Positions 10,540-19,912 are shown, numbered from the stretch's first letter. The stretch: 64,000 bases of DNA from Myxococcales bacterium UBA1660 (GCA_002320815.1 DCLA01000020.1:3497-67496); one strand, 5' to 3'. Notes: a model not told the origin generated them from the letters alone. A program made the numbers and translations.

Positions 10540-11226
10540 TTGAGCCTCGCGAAGCAGCTCGCGGCCATGGGCGCTCCGGCGTCGCTGGTGGACGCCGTCC
10601 CCGACGATCCGGAGGACGCCTGGGCGTGGAGCGAGCGGCTCGAGGGGTCGGTCTGGATCGGGGGGGCCGCCGCGGTGGCCCTCGACGAGATGCTCCGGGT
10701 GGTCAGCGGCCTGGTAGCGGAGGCGCTGGTCCAGGTCCCGCCCGCGGAGTCGCTGGTCCTCGAGGCCCTGGAGACCGCCGAGCGCTGCGTCCGCCGTCAG
10801 GCGACCCGCGCGGACTGCCAGCGCCTCGCCGCCGCCTGCGAGGAGGCCGCCCGCGAAGCCCCGGCCACGTTCCGCGCGGCGCCGCCCCGGGCCTACCGCG
10901 AGCTGGTCGGCGCCGGCGCGGCGGTGGCGCGCGCGGCCGAGGCGATCATGAGCGCGCGCCTCCGCGACGAGGCCGCGCGCATGGAGCGGGCCCGCAACAG
11001 CGCGCGGCTCCTGGGGATCGGCGTCGACGTCTTCGCCCCGGCCGCGGACCCGGCACCGCGCCTCGACGTGGACCACCTGGGCCACCCGATCCAAGCGGAG
11101 CTCCTCTACGTGGTGGCCGCCCTCGCCGAGGCCGCGCGCCTGCTCGAGGCGGCCCACGCCGAGCTCGACGAGCCCACCGGCGCCGCGCTGAGCGCCGCCT
11201 TCCGCGAGCGCTTCACCACCCTCTGA
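10540..11226 (+). CDS. Hypothetical helical protein
   Basis: Ala-rich ORF with coding-like codon usage between same-strand genes; TTG start. Confidence 0.6.
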   Translation: MSLAKQLAAMGAPASLVDAVPDDPEDAWAWSERLEGSVWIGGAAAVALDEMLRVVSGLVAEALVQVPPAESLVLEALETAERCVRRQATRADCQRLAAACEEAAREAPATFRAAPPRAYRELVGAGAAVARAAEAIMSARLRDEAARMERARNSARLLGIGVDVFAPAADPAPRLDVDHLGHPIQAELLYVVAALAEAARLLEAAHAELDEPTGAALSAAFRERFTTL

Positions 11227-11263
11227 CGCTTGCCAACGGGCCCCAGACGTCTAGGGTTCGGCC

Positions 11264-12607
11264 GTGATCCTGCGGGACCCCATCCACGGCCTGGTCGAGT
11301 TCGAGGGCGACGACCAGGAGGTCGTCGAGGCGCTCCTCGCTACCCGCGAGGTGCAGCGCCTGCGGCGGGTGCGCCAGCTGGGGCTCACCTCCCTGGTCTT
11401 CCCCGGCGCCGAGCACTCGCGCTTCGCCCACGCGGTGGGCGCGGCCCACGTGATGACCCGGCTGCTCGGCCGGGTCCGCCGGGTCGAGGGCGTGCTCCCG
11501 GCGGACCAGCGCCTGGACCGGGACGCCGCCCGCGAGGCTCTCGCGGCCGCGCTCCTGCACGATCTGGGACACGGGCCCTTCAGCCACCTCTTCGAGGACG
11601 TGATGCCCGACGCGCGGCACCACGAGGACTGGACCCGGGACATCATCCGCGACCCGTCCACCGAGGTGCACGGCGCCCTCGAGCGCCTGTCCGCGGGGAT
11701 GGCCGACCGGGTCGCCGATCTGCTCGCTGGGCATCACCGGCTGACGTACCTCGCCCGCACGGTGAGCGGCACCCTCGACGTGGACCGCGCCGACTACCTG
11801 CTCCGCGACAGCCACATGACCGGCGCCCGCTACGGTCTCTACGATCTGGACTGGCTGTTGCGGGCGCTCACCTTCGGCCAGGTCCCCGAGGCCGATGGCG
11901 GCGAGTGGGTCCTGGCCATCGAGGGCCGCAAGGGCCTGCCGCCCATCGAGGGGTTCTTCCTGGGGCGGCACTTCATGTACGAACAGGTCTACCACCACAA
12001 GGCCACCCGCGCGGGCGAAGCGCTGGTCCGGGGGGTCCTGGCGCGCACCGCGGAGCTCATCCGCGACGGGGACCTCGCGGCGGTGGGAGACGTTCCCGAA
12101 GGCTTGGCCCGGGCGGCCCGCGGTGAGCCGGTCTCGCTCGGCGCCTACCTGGATCTCGACGACTCCCAGCTCCTGGCGAGCGTGGCTCGCTGGGCCCGCT
12201 CCTCGGACCCCTTCCTGGCCGAGCACGCGGCGCGCCTCCTCGAGCGACGCTTGCCCAAGACCTTGCCGCTTCCGGACGACGAAGCCGTCTGGGAGGAGGT
12301 CCAGCGCCGCGCCCGCGGGGTCGCCGACGCCGCCGGGGGGCGGGCCGAGCTCACCGTCTACGTCGACGTGGCCAAGGACGTTCCCTATCCGGAGCCGGCC
12401 ACCGGCGCCGGCGGCCTCTGGATCCAGATTCGACACCAGCCCATGCGCCGCCTCGGCGAGGTCTCCTTCCTCCTCGGGGAGCTCCGCAACAAGCGCATCC
12501 GCCGGCCCCGGCTGATCTTCCCCGCGCCCCTGCGGGCGGCCGTGGTCGACGCCGTCCGCGACCTCCTCACCGACGACGAGCCGACCCTCGTCGCCCCCAG
12601 CTCATGA
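11264..12607 (+). CDS. HD-domain phosphohydrolase (SAMHD1/YwfO-like dNTPase family)
   Basis: RDPIHG, QRLRRVRQLG, HSRFAH, LLHDLGHGPFSH, DVDRADYLLRD, VYHHK. Confidence 0.9.
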   Translation: MILRDPIHGLVEFEGDDQEVVEALLATREVQRLRRVRQLGLTSLVFPGAEHSRFAHAVGAAHVMTRLLGRVRRVEGVLPADQRLDRDAAREALAAALLHDLGHGPFSHLFEDVMPDARHHEDWTRDIIRDPSTEVHGALERLSAGMADRVADLLAGHHRLTYLARTVSGTLDVDRADYLLRDSHMTGARYGLYDLDWLLRALTFGQVPEADGGEWVLAIEGRKGLPPIEGFFLGRHFMYEQVYHHKATRAGEALVRGVLARTAELIRDGDLAAVGDVPEGLARAARGEPVSLGAYLDLDDSQLLASVARWARSSDPFLAEHAARLLERRLPKTLPLPDDEAVWEEVQRRARGVADAAGGRAELTVYVDVAKDVPYPEPATGAGGLWIQIRHQPMRRLGEVSFLLGELRNKRIRRPRLIFPAPLRAAVVDAVRDLLTDDEPTLVAPSS

Positions 12608-13554
12608 CTCGCATCCTTCCTCTCCTGACCGCCCTCGCGCTGCTCCCCGCCGTCGCGGACGCCGCCGACGAACCGGACCCCATCACCGTGGCCCTCACGC
12701 CCCTGGCGGACCACGGCCCCTACAAGTGGCGGCTTCAGATCCGAGCCGACGAGGCCCGCGAGGTGGCCACCGACCGGCGGCTCCTCCGCCTCACGGTCCG
12801 GCCGAAGGTCGAGGGCCGACGCCGCTCGCCGCGACTTCGCTGCACCCACGCCGACGCGCCGCGTCGGGCGACACGCACCCAGGCCATGGTCGCCGGCGAG
12901 ACCTACGAGGAGTGGGTCGACCTGCGCATGTATTGCTGGGGGAGGGCGCTCCGGGCCCTGGAGAGTGGCGAAGCCACCGTCGAGGTCGAGTACGGCTTCG
13001 CCGGCCGCGGCCGGGATCGCTTCGTGGCGCGCACCGAAGGCGAGCGCCGACCGCCCCATCGCGTGAGCGGCGGCGAGATCGCCTGGACCGCGCCCGCCGC
13101 AGGCGTCGAGACCGAGGCCCCCGTCGAGGTGGGCCTCCGCCCGACCTCGAGCCGCGGGACCCCGCGCCTGCAGCCCACGCTGCGCGCCGCGAGCGGGAGC
13201 CCGCGGGTCTACCTCCGGGACGATCTCTGGTCCTTCACCGTCCGGGGGCCCCTGGGGACCGTCGAGTGCCGCGCGCCGCGGCAGGTCATCGTCCCCATCG
13301 TCGACTTCTACTCTCGCCTGAGCCGACGGGAGCGCCGGTCCACCTTCGACGCCGACTACTTCTGCCCCGAGGACACCTTCGCGGTGCCCGGGGTCTACGA
13401 GGTCACCCCGCACATGGAGCTGATCTACGGCGCCGACGCCTACGACTTCGACGCCGTCACCGGGACCTTCGATGGGGACCCGGCGCCGGTCCGGGTCACC
13501 CGCGGCAACTACGTGGAGCAGACCCTCGACACCCTCCCGCCGGTCGAGGGATGA
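12604..13554 (+). CDS. Secreted hypothetical protein
   Basis: Signal peptide ending ADA-AD; ATGA overlaps with both neighbours. Confidence 0.7.
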   Translation: MTRILPLLTALALLPAVADAADEPDPITVALTPLADHGPYKWRLQIRADEAREVATDRRLLRLTVRPKVEGRRRSPRLRCTHADAPRRATRTQAMVAGETYEEWVDLRMYCWGRALRALESGEATVEVEYGFAGRGRDRFVARTEGERRPPHRVSGGEIAWTAPAAGVETEAPVEVGLRPTSSRGTPRLQPTLRAASGSPRVYLRDDLWSFTVRGPLGTVECRAPRQVIVPIVDFYSRLSRRERRSTFDADYFCPEDTFAVPGVYEVTPHMELIYGADAYDFDAVTGTFDGDPAPVRVTRGNYVEQTLDTLPPVEG

Positions 13555-13766
13555 GCGAGGTCCGAGATCCGGTCGCGCGCCGGATCGCCGCCATTGCGCT
13601 CGTCGCGGCGCTGCTCGCGCTGGTGATGAGCGCCTACGCGGTGAACCTCGGCCTTCGCTACCTGGACGACGTGCAGACCCTGGGCGACGCGATCCAGGAA
13701 GCCGACCGCGACGTCCCCATCGAGGAGCGAACCCTCGTGCCGCCGCCCCCCGCGCTGGCCGAGTGA
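13551..13766 (+). CDS. Small single-TM hypothetical protein (71 aa)
   Basis: ATG 13551 overlaps upstream stop; MSEVRDPVARRIAAIALVAALLALVMSAYAV hydrophobic segment. Confidence 0.6.
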   Translation: MSEVRDPVARRIAAIALVAALLALVMSAYAVNLGLRYLDDVQTLGDAIQEADRDVPIEERTLVPPPPALAE

Positions 13767-13820
13767 CGTTGGCGGGAGTGAAATCGGCGAGCAAAAGTGG
13801 TAGGGCGGAAGGCTGATCCG

Positions 13821-15296
13821 ATGGCCAAGATCCTCGTAGTCGACGACCAGCGCAACATGCGCACCACGCTCGCCCTCATGCTGCGCGGTGCCGGCCACGA
13901 CGTGGACGAAGCCGAGGACGGCGACGTCGCCTGTGCCAAGGTGGTCGAGGACTCCTACGACCTGGTGCTCACCGACCTGAAGATGGGCGCCACCGACGGC
14001 ATGGACGTGCTCCGGCACGCCCGAGAGAAGTCGCCGCTCACCGAGGTCATCGTCATGACCGCCTACGGCACCATCGAGAGCGCGGTCGAGGCCATGCGGG
14101 TCGGGGCCCACGACTACATCCAGAAGCCCTTCGCCGAGGAGGCGCTCCTGGTGAAGGTGGAGAAGGCCCTCGAGAAGCGGCAGCTCGCCGGCGAGGTGTC
14201 GGTGATGGCCGCGGAGTTCCGCGACCGGTACCACTTCGACAACATCATCGGCCGCTCCCAGGCCATCCGCGACGTGCTGGGCCGCATCGTGCGCATCGCC
14301 CCCACGCCGGCGACGGTGTTGATCACCGGCGAAAGCGGCACCGGTAAGGAGCTGGTCGCGCGGGCCATCCACGCGAACTCGCTGCGGTCCGAGCGCCCCT
14401 TCGTGGGCGTGAACTGTGCCGCCATCACCGAGACGCTCCTCGAGAGCGAGCTCTTCGGGCACGTGCGCGGTGCGTTCACCGGCGCCGTCAGCTCCCGTAA
14501 GGGCCTCTTCGAGGAGGCCAACGGGGGCACCTTCTTCTTCGACGAGATCGCCGAGACCCCCCCGAGCTTCCAGGCGAAGCTGCTCCGGGCCATCCAGGAG
14601 GGCGAGGTTCGCCGCCTGGGCGACAACCGCGCGTTCCACGTGGACGTGCGCATCATCGCGGCGACCAACAAGGATCTGAAGCAGTCCATCGAGGACAAGG
14701 AGTTCCGCGAGGACCTCTACTACCGCCTCCGGGGCGTGGCGGTGGACGTCCCCGCCCTGCGCAACCGCACCGAGGACCTCCGCGAGCTCAGCGAGGCCCT
14801 CCTCCGCCGCATCGGCGACGAGCGGGGCGAGCCGCCGAAGCGGGTCGGGACCGATGTCCTGCAGATGCTCGCGCGCCACCGCTGGCCCGGCAACGTCCGC
14901 GAGTTGCAGAACGTGCTCCGCAGCGCCAGTCTCTTCAGCGACGGTCCCATGTTGCGGACCGAAGATTTCTCCGCCTTCTCCGAAACGTTCACGCCCCCCG
15001 CGGCGTCGGAGGGCACGACGGCAGACTCGGTGAACGACGATCGCGCCGACCTGCTGCCGCCGCCGCCCCTGGAGGAGGCGATCTACGAAAGAATCCGCGA
15101 GGGCGACAATTCTCTCCTGGAGATGAAAAAAGTCATCGAGAGAGAATGCATCGTTCGTGCAATGTCCGAGGCAGACGGTAATATTACTCGCGCAGCCGAG
15201 CTTCTGGGGATGAAGCGCCCCAGACTCTCACAGCTCGTGAAGCAACACGGGCTGAATACCTGCAAGCGAGGCAAGTCTCGAGGAAAGTCCAAGTGA
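13821..15296 (+). CDS. sigma54-dependent response regulator (REC-AAA+-Fis HTH enhancer-binding protein)
   Basis: KILVVDD, DLKM, GESGTGKE, ESELFGHVRGAFTGA, FFDEI, WPGNVRELQN, GNITRAAELLG. Confidence 0.93.
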   Translation: MAKILVVDDQRNMRTTLALMLRGAGHDVDEAEDGDVACAKVVEDSYDLVLTDLKMGATDGMDVLRHAREKSPLTEVIVMTAYGTIESAVEAMRVGAHDYIQKPFAEEALLVKVEKALEKRQLAGEVSVMAAEFRDRYHFDNIIGRSQAIRDVLGRIVRIAPTPATVLITGESGTGKELVARAIHANSLRSERPFVGVNCAAITETLLESELFGHVRGAFTGAVSSRKGLFEEANGGTFFFDEIAETPPSFQAKLLRAIQEGEVRRLGDNRAFHVDVRIIAATNKDLKQSIEDKEFREDLYYRLRGVAVDVPALRNRTEDLRELSEALLRRIGDERGEPPKRVGTDVLQMLARHRWPGNVRELQNVLRSASLFSDGPMLRTEDFSAFSETFTPPAASEGTTADSVNDDRADLLPPPPLEEAIYERIREGDNSLLEMKKVIERECIVRAMSEADGNITRAAELLGMKRPRLSQLVKQHGLNTCKRGKSRGKSK

Positions 15297-15994
15297 TGAG
15301 GCTGGGTAGGATGATGAACGCTGGTACGAAGCAGCGCGGGAGGGGACCCGCCATCGGCTCACGGAGCCGCTGGAGTGCCCTGCTGTGCGTGATCGCGCTG
15401 GTGGGTTGCACCGGTGACGACGACCTCGTCGGCGCCACCACCGCATCGAGCGCCCTCGGCGCCACCCGCCTGCCCGAGGTAGAGCGCGGGGTGTGGGAGC
15501 TCGCCCCCGCCGGCTGCGAGGGTCTCCTCGCGGACCTCGACTGGACCTTCGGCGTCGCCGCCGGTGCCCCGGAACTGGTGGTCGTCAGCGATCCCTTCGG
15601 CGCCCCGGTCTGCGCGGACACCTACTCGGCCGTGGACGCCGAGCTCCGCGACATCGGCTCCGGCGCGGTGGACCAGCTCTGGCAGAGCTACGTCACCACG
15701 CTCCAGGAGCTCGAGGTCTACTCGGGCATGAACCACGCGACCGCGCCGCCGACGGCCGCGGTCGATGGGAACGTGGTCGAGGACGCTCGCACGCCTTTCA
15801 TGGGCGACCCGAACCCGCAGCCGAACCGGGGCTTCGACCCGGTCGAGCTCCAGAACGAGCCCAACCCCCAGCCGAACGACACCGGCGACATGGGTGGCAT
15901 GGGCGGGGGCGGCACCTCCAGCGAAGCCTTCCGGCCCAACGTGACCGAGCCCACCGACGCGATCGCGCCGACGACCCAGGCCGCGGGCATCTGA
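15293..15994 (+). CDS. Lipoprotein with twice-repeated PNPQPN motif
   Basis: Lipobox LVGC; GDPNPQPN and EPNPQPN; GTGA overlap with regulator stop (true start may be a few codons downstream). Confidence 0.65.
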   Translation: MMRLGRMMNAGTKQRGRGPAIGSRSRWSALLCVIALVGCTGDDDLVGATTASSALGATRLPEVERGVWELAPAGCEGLLADLDWTFGVAAGAPELVVVSDPFGAPVCADTYSAVDAELRDIGSGAVDQLWQSYVTTLQELEVYSGMNHATAPPTAAVDGNVVEDARTPFMGDPNPQPNRGFDPVELQNEPNPQPNDTGDMGGMGGGGTSSEAFRPNVTEPTDAIAPTTQAAGI

Positions 15995-16046
15995 GCTCCG
16001 GTCCTCGGGACCTCCGAACGCGGTCGGCGAGCTTCGCCGGCCGCGT

Positions 16047-16874
16047 TCACGGGTGGGCGAGTCGGTCCCGGACGGCGGCCAGGTGCGCGGGGCCGGTCCC
16101 GCAGCAGCCCCCGACGACCGTCGCGCCCAGATCGACCCATTCGGCAGCCAGCTCGGCGTAGCGACGAGCGCCGAACCCGGGGTCGCTCTGCCAGCCGATG
16201 GCGTCGTCTGCGGAGCCCGCGTTCGCGTAGGCGCCGAAGGGCACGCCGACCCGGGCCAGCTCCCGGAGGTAGTCGGCCGTGACCGGAGCCGGCGTGCAGT
16301 TCACCAGGACGACGGCGGCCCCCGCGGCCGCCACCTGCTCGGCGGCGCGCGCCAGCCCCAGCGGGTCGAAGAGGTCGGCGTCGGGGCCGGCGGTCAGGCT
16401 CGCCCAGACCTCGGGGGCGCCGCTCTCACGCGCCGCCTGGACCGCGGCGACGGCCTCGGTGGCCAGGGGGAAGGTCTCGCAGAGCACGAGGTCGCAGCCC
16501 GCGTCCACGAGCACCTCGGCCATCTGCCGGTGCGCCGCCGAGGCGCCCTCCCCCGGACTCAAGTCCGGACGGTAGCAGTCCGCCAGCGGCGCGATGGAGC
16601 CGGCGACCCGCCCGGTCCCGGCGCCCCCGCGCGCGAGACGCACGGCGACCCGGGTGAGCTCGCGCCAGCTCTCCCCCACGTCGGACTCACGGGTCCGGAA
16701 GGTGTTGGTGGTGTGGACCGTGGCGCCCGCCTCCGCGTAGGCCCGGTGGATGGCGAGGACCTCATCGGGGGCGCCGCGCAGCGCCCCCGCGCTCCAGGTG
16801 GGGAGCGGCGTGGCGACCCCGCGGGCCGCCAGCTCCGTGCCCATCGGACCATCGAGGAGGACGACCCGGCTCAC
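16047..16874 (-). CDS. Homocysteine S-methyltransferase family protein
   Basis: LLDGPMGTEL, TTNTFR, LCETF, LVNC, GAYANAG, VGGCCGTGP; GTG start overlaps GMC stop. Confidence 0.88.
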   Translation of the reverse strand: MSRVVLLDGPMGTELAARGVATPLPTWSAGALRGAPDEVLAIHRAYAEAGATVHTTNTFRTRESDVGESWRELTRVAVRLARGGAGTGRVAGSIAPLADCYRPDLSPGEGASAAHRQMAEVLVDAGCDLVLCETFPLATEAVAAVQAARESGAPEVWASLTAGPDADLFDPLGLARAAEQVAAAGAAVVLVNCTPAPVTADYLRELARVGVPFGAYANAGSADDAIGWQSDPGFGARRYAELAAEWVDLGATVVGGCCGTGPAHLAAVRDRLAHP

Positions 16875-18397
16875 GCGGCGCGGCGCCGCCCGCGGCTCGC
16901 CGCCAGCTGCTCCGCGGCCCGATACACCACCGCCATGATCGCGTGCTGGGGGTTCACGCCCATGTTCGTGGGGAACACGCTGGCGTCCATCACGTAGAGG
17001 CCGCTCACCTGGTGGCTCTGGAGCTGCGGGTCCACCACGCTTCGCGAGGGATCCGCGCCGGCCACCGCGGTGCCGAAGAGGTGGGAGGCGACCAGATGGA
17101 CCTGGTTCCGGCCCAGCGGCAACCGCGCCGCGTGCTCGAGCTCGTCCTCGGTGCGGAGCACCTCGGGGTAGCCGTCGATGCCGGGGTAGACCTCGCGCGC
17201 GCCGGCGGCGAAGAGCATCCGCCCGATGGTCACGAAGGCGTCCTTCATCTTCGCCATGTCGCGGTCGGTGGGCGCGAACGAGATGGAGGGCCCCAGGAGT
17301 CCGGGCCGGATGCGGCCGTGGGCCTCCATGCGGACCTGCGCGCACCACTGGGCGTAGTGGTCCAGGTGCTTCATGCGCTCCTGCCACTCGGCGCCGACGC
17401 CGGGGAGCCGGGCGGCGAGCATCTCGGGCGGGAGCGAGAGGCTCTCCACCTTGAAGCCCCGGGATCGCATGGGGACCTCGTATCCCTGCGTCGCGCCGTA
17501 GGCCATGCGCACCGGCTCGTCGAAGCGACCCAACATGGCCGCGCCCGGGTGGGCCTGGAAGCGCTCTCCGACCTGGCCGCGCAGGCCGCTGCGCCGGAGG
17601 ATGATCGGGGTGTGGACCACGCCGGCGGCCACGACCACGTTCTCCGCGCGGACCTGGAAGCGACCGACGGGCTCCCGGGTCTCGGGGTCCAGGGCCATCC
17701 CCAGGACGCCCACGGCGCGCCCGTTCTCGATCCAGACCCGGTCGACCCGGGCCAGGGTCCGCAGCCGCGCGCCATCGGCGATGGCCCGGGGCACGTAGGA
17801 GACGTCCATCGACTGCCGGTTCTCGTTGGGGCAGCCCTGGAGGCACTCGCCGTTCGCCTCGCAGCGGCCCGCGTTCCGGGTCATCGGCTTGCCGGGGAGC
17901 CCCAGCGCCTTGCTGGCCTTGGCCATCAGCGCGCCGTTGCCTCCCAGGAGGTCCTCCCGGGTCTCTTCGACCTCGAGGTCCTCCTCGATGACGTCGTAGA
18001 TGCGCTCGAACTCGGTCGCGTCGACCAGGCTGGCCAAGCCATGGTTCCGGATCCAGTCCTCGCGTACGTCCTCCGGCATCCGCCAGATGATGCCGCTGTT
18101 GATCGCCGTGCTCCCGCCGACGCACTTCCCCTGGAGCACCACGAGGGGCGAGAGGTCGCCGCTCGCCTGCGTGCCGCCCTCACGCATGGTGGAGGCGAGG
18201 GCCGCGGGGACGTCACGGGGGCGGTCGGCGGTGACCAGCTTCGGTCCCTCCTCGAGCATCAGCACGTCCACGCCCTGGGCCGCGAGGACGCGCGCGGCCG
18301 TCGCGCCACCGGCGCCCGTTCCCACGACGAGGGTGTGCGCCCGGTCTTCCCAGACCGGCTTGCCGAACATCGAGACCAACGTCTGCTTCAGACCCAT
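16871..18397 (-). CDS. GMC family oxidoreductase
   Basis: VVGTGAGG, GKCVGGSTAINSG, CLQGCP, ASHLFGT, LYVMDASVFPTNMGVNPQ. Confidence 0.9.
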   Translation of the reverse strand: MGLKQTLVSMFGKPVWEDRAHTLVVGTGAGGATAARVLAAQGVDVLMLEEGPKLVTADRPRDVPAALASTMREGGTQASGDLSPLVVLQGKCVGGSTAINSGIIWRMPEDVREDWIRNHGLASLVDATEFERIYDVIEEDLEVEETREDLLGGNGALMAKASKALGLPGKPMTRNAGRCEANGECLQGCPNENRQSMDVSYVPRAIADGARLRTLARVDRVWIENGRAVGVLGMALDPETREPVGRFQVRAENVVVAAGVVHTPIILRRSGLRGQVGERFQAHPGAAMLGRFDEPVRMAYGATQGYEVPMRSRGFKVESLSLPPEMLAARLPGVGAEWQERMKHLDHYAQWCAQVRMEAHGRIRPGLLGPSISFAPTDRDMAKMKDAFVTIGRMLFAAGAREVYPGIDGYPEVLRTEDELEHAARLPLGRNQVHLVASHLFGTAVAGADPSRSVVDPQLQSHQVSGLYVMDASVFPTNMGVNPQHAIMAVVYRAAEQLAASRGRRRAA

Positions 18398-18861
18398 CAC
18401 GCCACCTCCTGCATCGTCTTCTTCGCCGCCTTGGAGAGCCGCAGGCGCACCGGGGTCCCCTCCGAGCGCGCCGTGTCGTAGTTCGAGCGGGCGCGAACCG
18501 TGGGCTCCCGAAGCAGCGCCATCGAGGTCTGGACCTTCATGAGCAGGGTCAGCTCCCGGACGATCTGCAGCGGATGCTGCAGGAGGTCCTCGAGGAGCGC
18601 GATGCGCTCCGCGGTGTTCAGGCCGTCGATGAAGGTCGGCCGGGCGCGCATCCACACCGGAGACGACGCGATGAGCAGCGCCGCGGCCCGGATGCCGTAG
18701 CGGACCTTCGGGCCGCCGGCGCCGTTGAGCTCCTCGAAGGTGCCGGCGTAGTCCACCTCGCCCCGCTCGGGAGCCAAGTGCTCGGCGTCCCCGGAGCCCG
18801 GGGGCGCGAAGCCTTCCATGATGGCGGTGAGCCACTGCCGCTCGGGTTGGGTCAGCTTCAT
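18397..18861 (-). CDS. Hypothetical protein, probable small partner of the GMC oxidoreductase
   Basis: MKLTQPERQWL.. coupled to both gntR and GMC; ends with SD GGAGG for the GMC gene. Confidence 0.6.
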   Translation of the reverse strand: MKLTQPERQWLTAIMEGFAPPGSGDAEHLAPERGEVDYAGTFEELNGAGGPKVRYGIRAAALLIASSPVWMRARPTFIDGLNTAERIALLEDLLQHPLQIVRELTLLMKVQTSMALLREPTVRARSNYDTARSEGTPVRLRLSKAAKKTMQEVA

Positions 18862-19628
18862 GCTTCCTCTCTTTCGGGGGCGGGTCGGGGACCGGTGAGC
18901 ATGCGCGCCAGGGCGCTGAGCCGGTCCAGGGTCTTGCGGTCCAGGGGCTCCAGGACCTTTGTCGCCGCGCTGCGGATGCGGTCGGGGTCCCGGGTCTCGA
19001 GCAGGTCCAGGAGCAGGTCGTAGGTGGCCAGGGTCTGGGGCGCGTTGACGATGAAAGCGGCCTCGAAGCCCGGGCTCTGCGTGATGATCCGCTGCACCGT
19101 GTTGTAGAGCAGCTCGAGGGCGAGGTTGTGGGTCGCTCGCACCAGGAGCCGAGCGAACTGCAGGTCCTCGCGCATGAACGCCTCGCCGTCCTCGAGGACG
19201 GTCTCCAGGAGCGCGCGCTGGTCGCGCAGCCCCTGCACCTCGGCGGGGGTCCCGCGCTCGGCGATGACCGCGAGGATCTGGGTGGCGACGAGGCGCCGGA
19301 ACTCCAGCAGGTCCCCCAGGAGCCGGAGGGGCATCTCGCCGCCTTCGATGGCGTAGCGGGCCAGGTGCGCGATGAGGTCCACGCCGCCATGGGCGCGGAA
19401 GTCCAGGACCCGATTGCCGGCTCCATGCACCTTCTCCACCAGGCCCTCGGACTGCAGCGTGGCCAGCGCCGAGCGTAGGGTCAGCCGGCTGACACCGAGT
19501 TTCTCGGAGAGCTCGCGCTCGCCCGGGAGCATCGAGCCCGGCTCGAGGTCGCCCATGAGGATGCCTCGGCGCAGCTCGTGGGCGGCGGCTTCGGCGGCGT
19601 TCGGTTTGCTGGAGGTTCGTCGGGCCAC
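18858..19628 (-). CDS. GntR family regulator, FadR subfamily
   Basis: LPGERELSEKLGVSRLTLRSALATLQSEGLVE; FCD-like C-terminus; GTG at 19628 preferred over TTG 19640. Confidence 0.88.
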   Translation of the reverse strand: MARRTSSKPNAAEAAAHELRRGILMGDLEPGSMLPGERELSEKLGVSRLTLRSALATLQSEGLVEKVHGAGNRVLDFRAHGGVDLIAHLARYAIEGGEMPLRLLGDLLEFRRLVATQILAVIAERGTPAEVQGLRDQRALLETVLEDGEAFMREDLQFARLLVRATHNLALELLYNTVQRIITQSPGFEAAFIVNAPQTLATYDLLLDLLETRDPDRIRSAATKVLEPLDRKTLDRLSALARMLTGPRPAPEREEA

Positions 19629-19657
19629 TGGTATTACCAATCAAAGTGGTATTACCA
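19629..19657. promoter_or_regulatory. Twin FadR-type operators TGGTATTACCA (19629-19639 and 19647-19657)
   Basis: Two identical 11-bp near-palindromes immediately upstream of the gntR start. Confidence 0.7.
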
Positions 19658-19860
19658 GTCGTCGCCGGCCGCAAGGAGATTCTCGCGGCTCGCCGATGAT
19701 CCTCCGCACGGACGCCGAGATCATTGATGAAAACGTGCCGCGATTTTCGGCCCGACGGCCCGTATTGGCGACGTCCTGCGCGGGAGCCGGGCTGGCGGAG
19801 GTCGCATCGCCGCCGCGCGGCCCGACAAAACAGGGGCCCCCACGCGGTGGTGCTGAAACT

Positions 19861-19912
19861 TTGACAACTGCTCAGATGAACCGTAGCGTCCAGCCCAGCA
19901 CACCTGCTCAGG
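19861..19912 (+). promoter_or_regulatory. lexA promoter TTGACA-N17-TAGCGT and candidate LexA box CAGCACACCTGCTCAGG (19896-19912)
   Basis: Consensus -35 with 17-nt spacing; box matches the Myxococcus consensus CTRHAMRYBYGTTCAGS at 15/17 positions. Confidence 0.65.

Noticed and set aside
7287-10568. Very long alternative-frame and antisense ORFs (also 22178-25600, 32227-35319, 44682-49037, 50295-53759, 50830-54483)
   Set aside because: They overlap well-supported genes, are Arg/Pro/Gly-rich and lack motifs; expected shadows at this GC content
19722-19742. sigma54 promoter for gntR (CGGCACGTTTTCATC on minus strand); similar case near 62885-62902
   Set aside because: The -12 GC dinucleotide is missing at the required spacing
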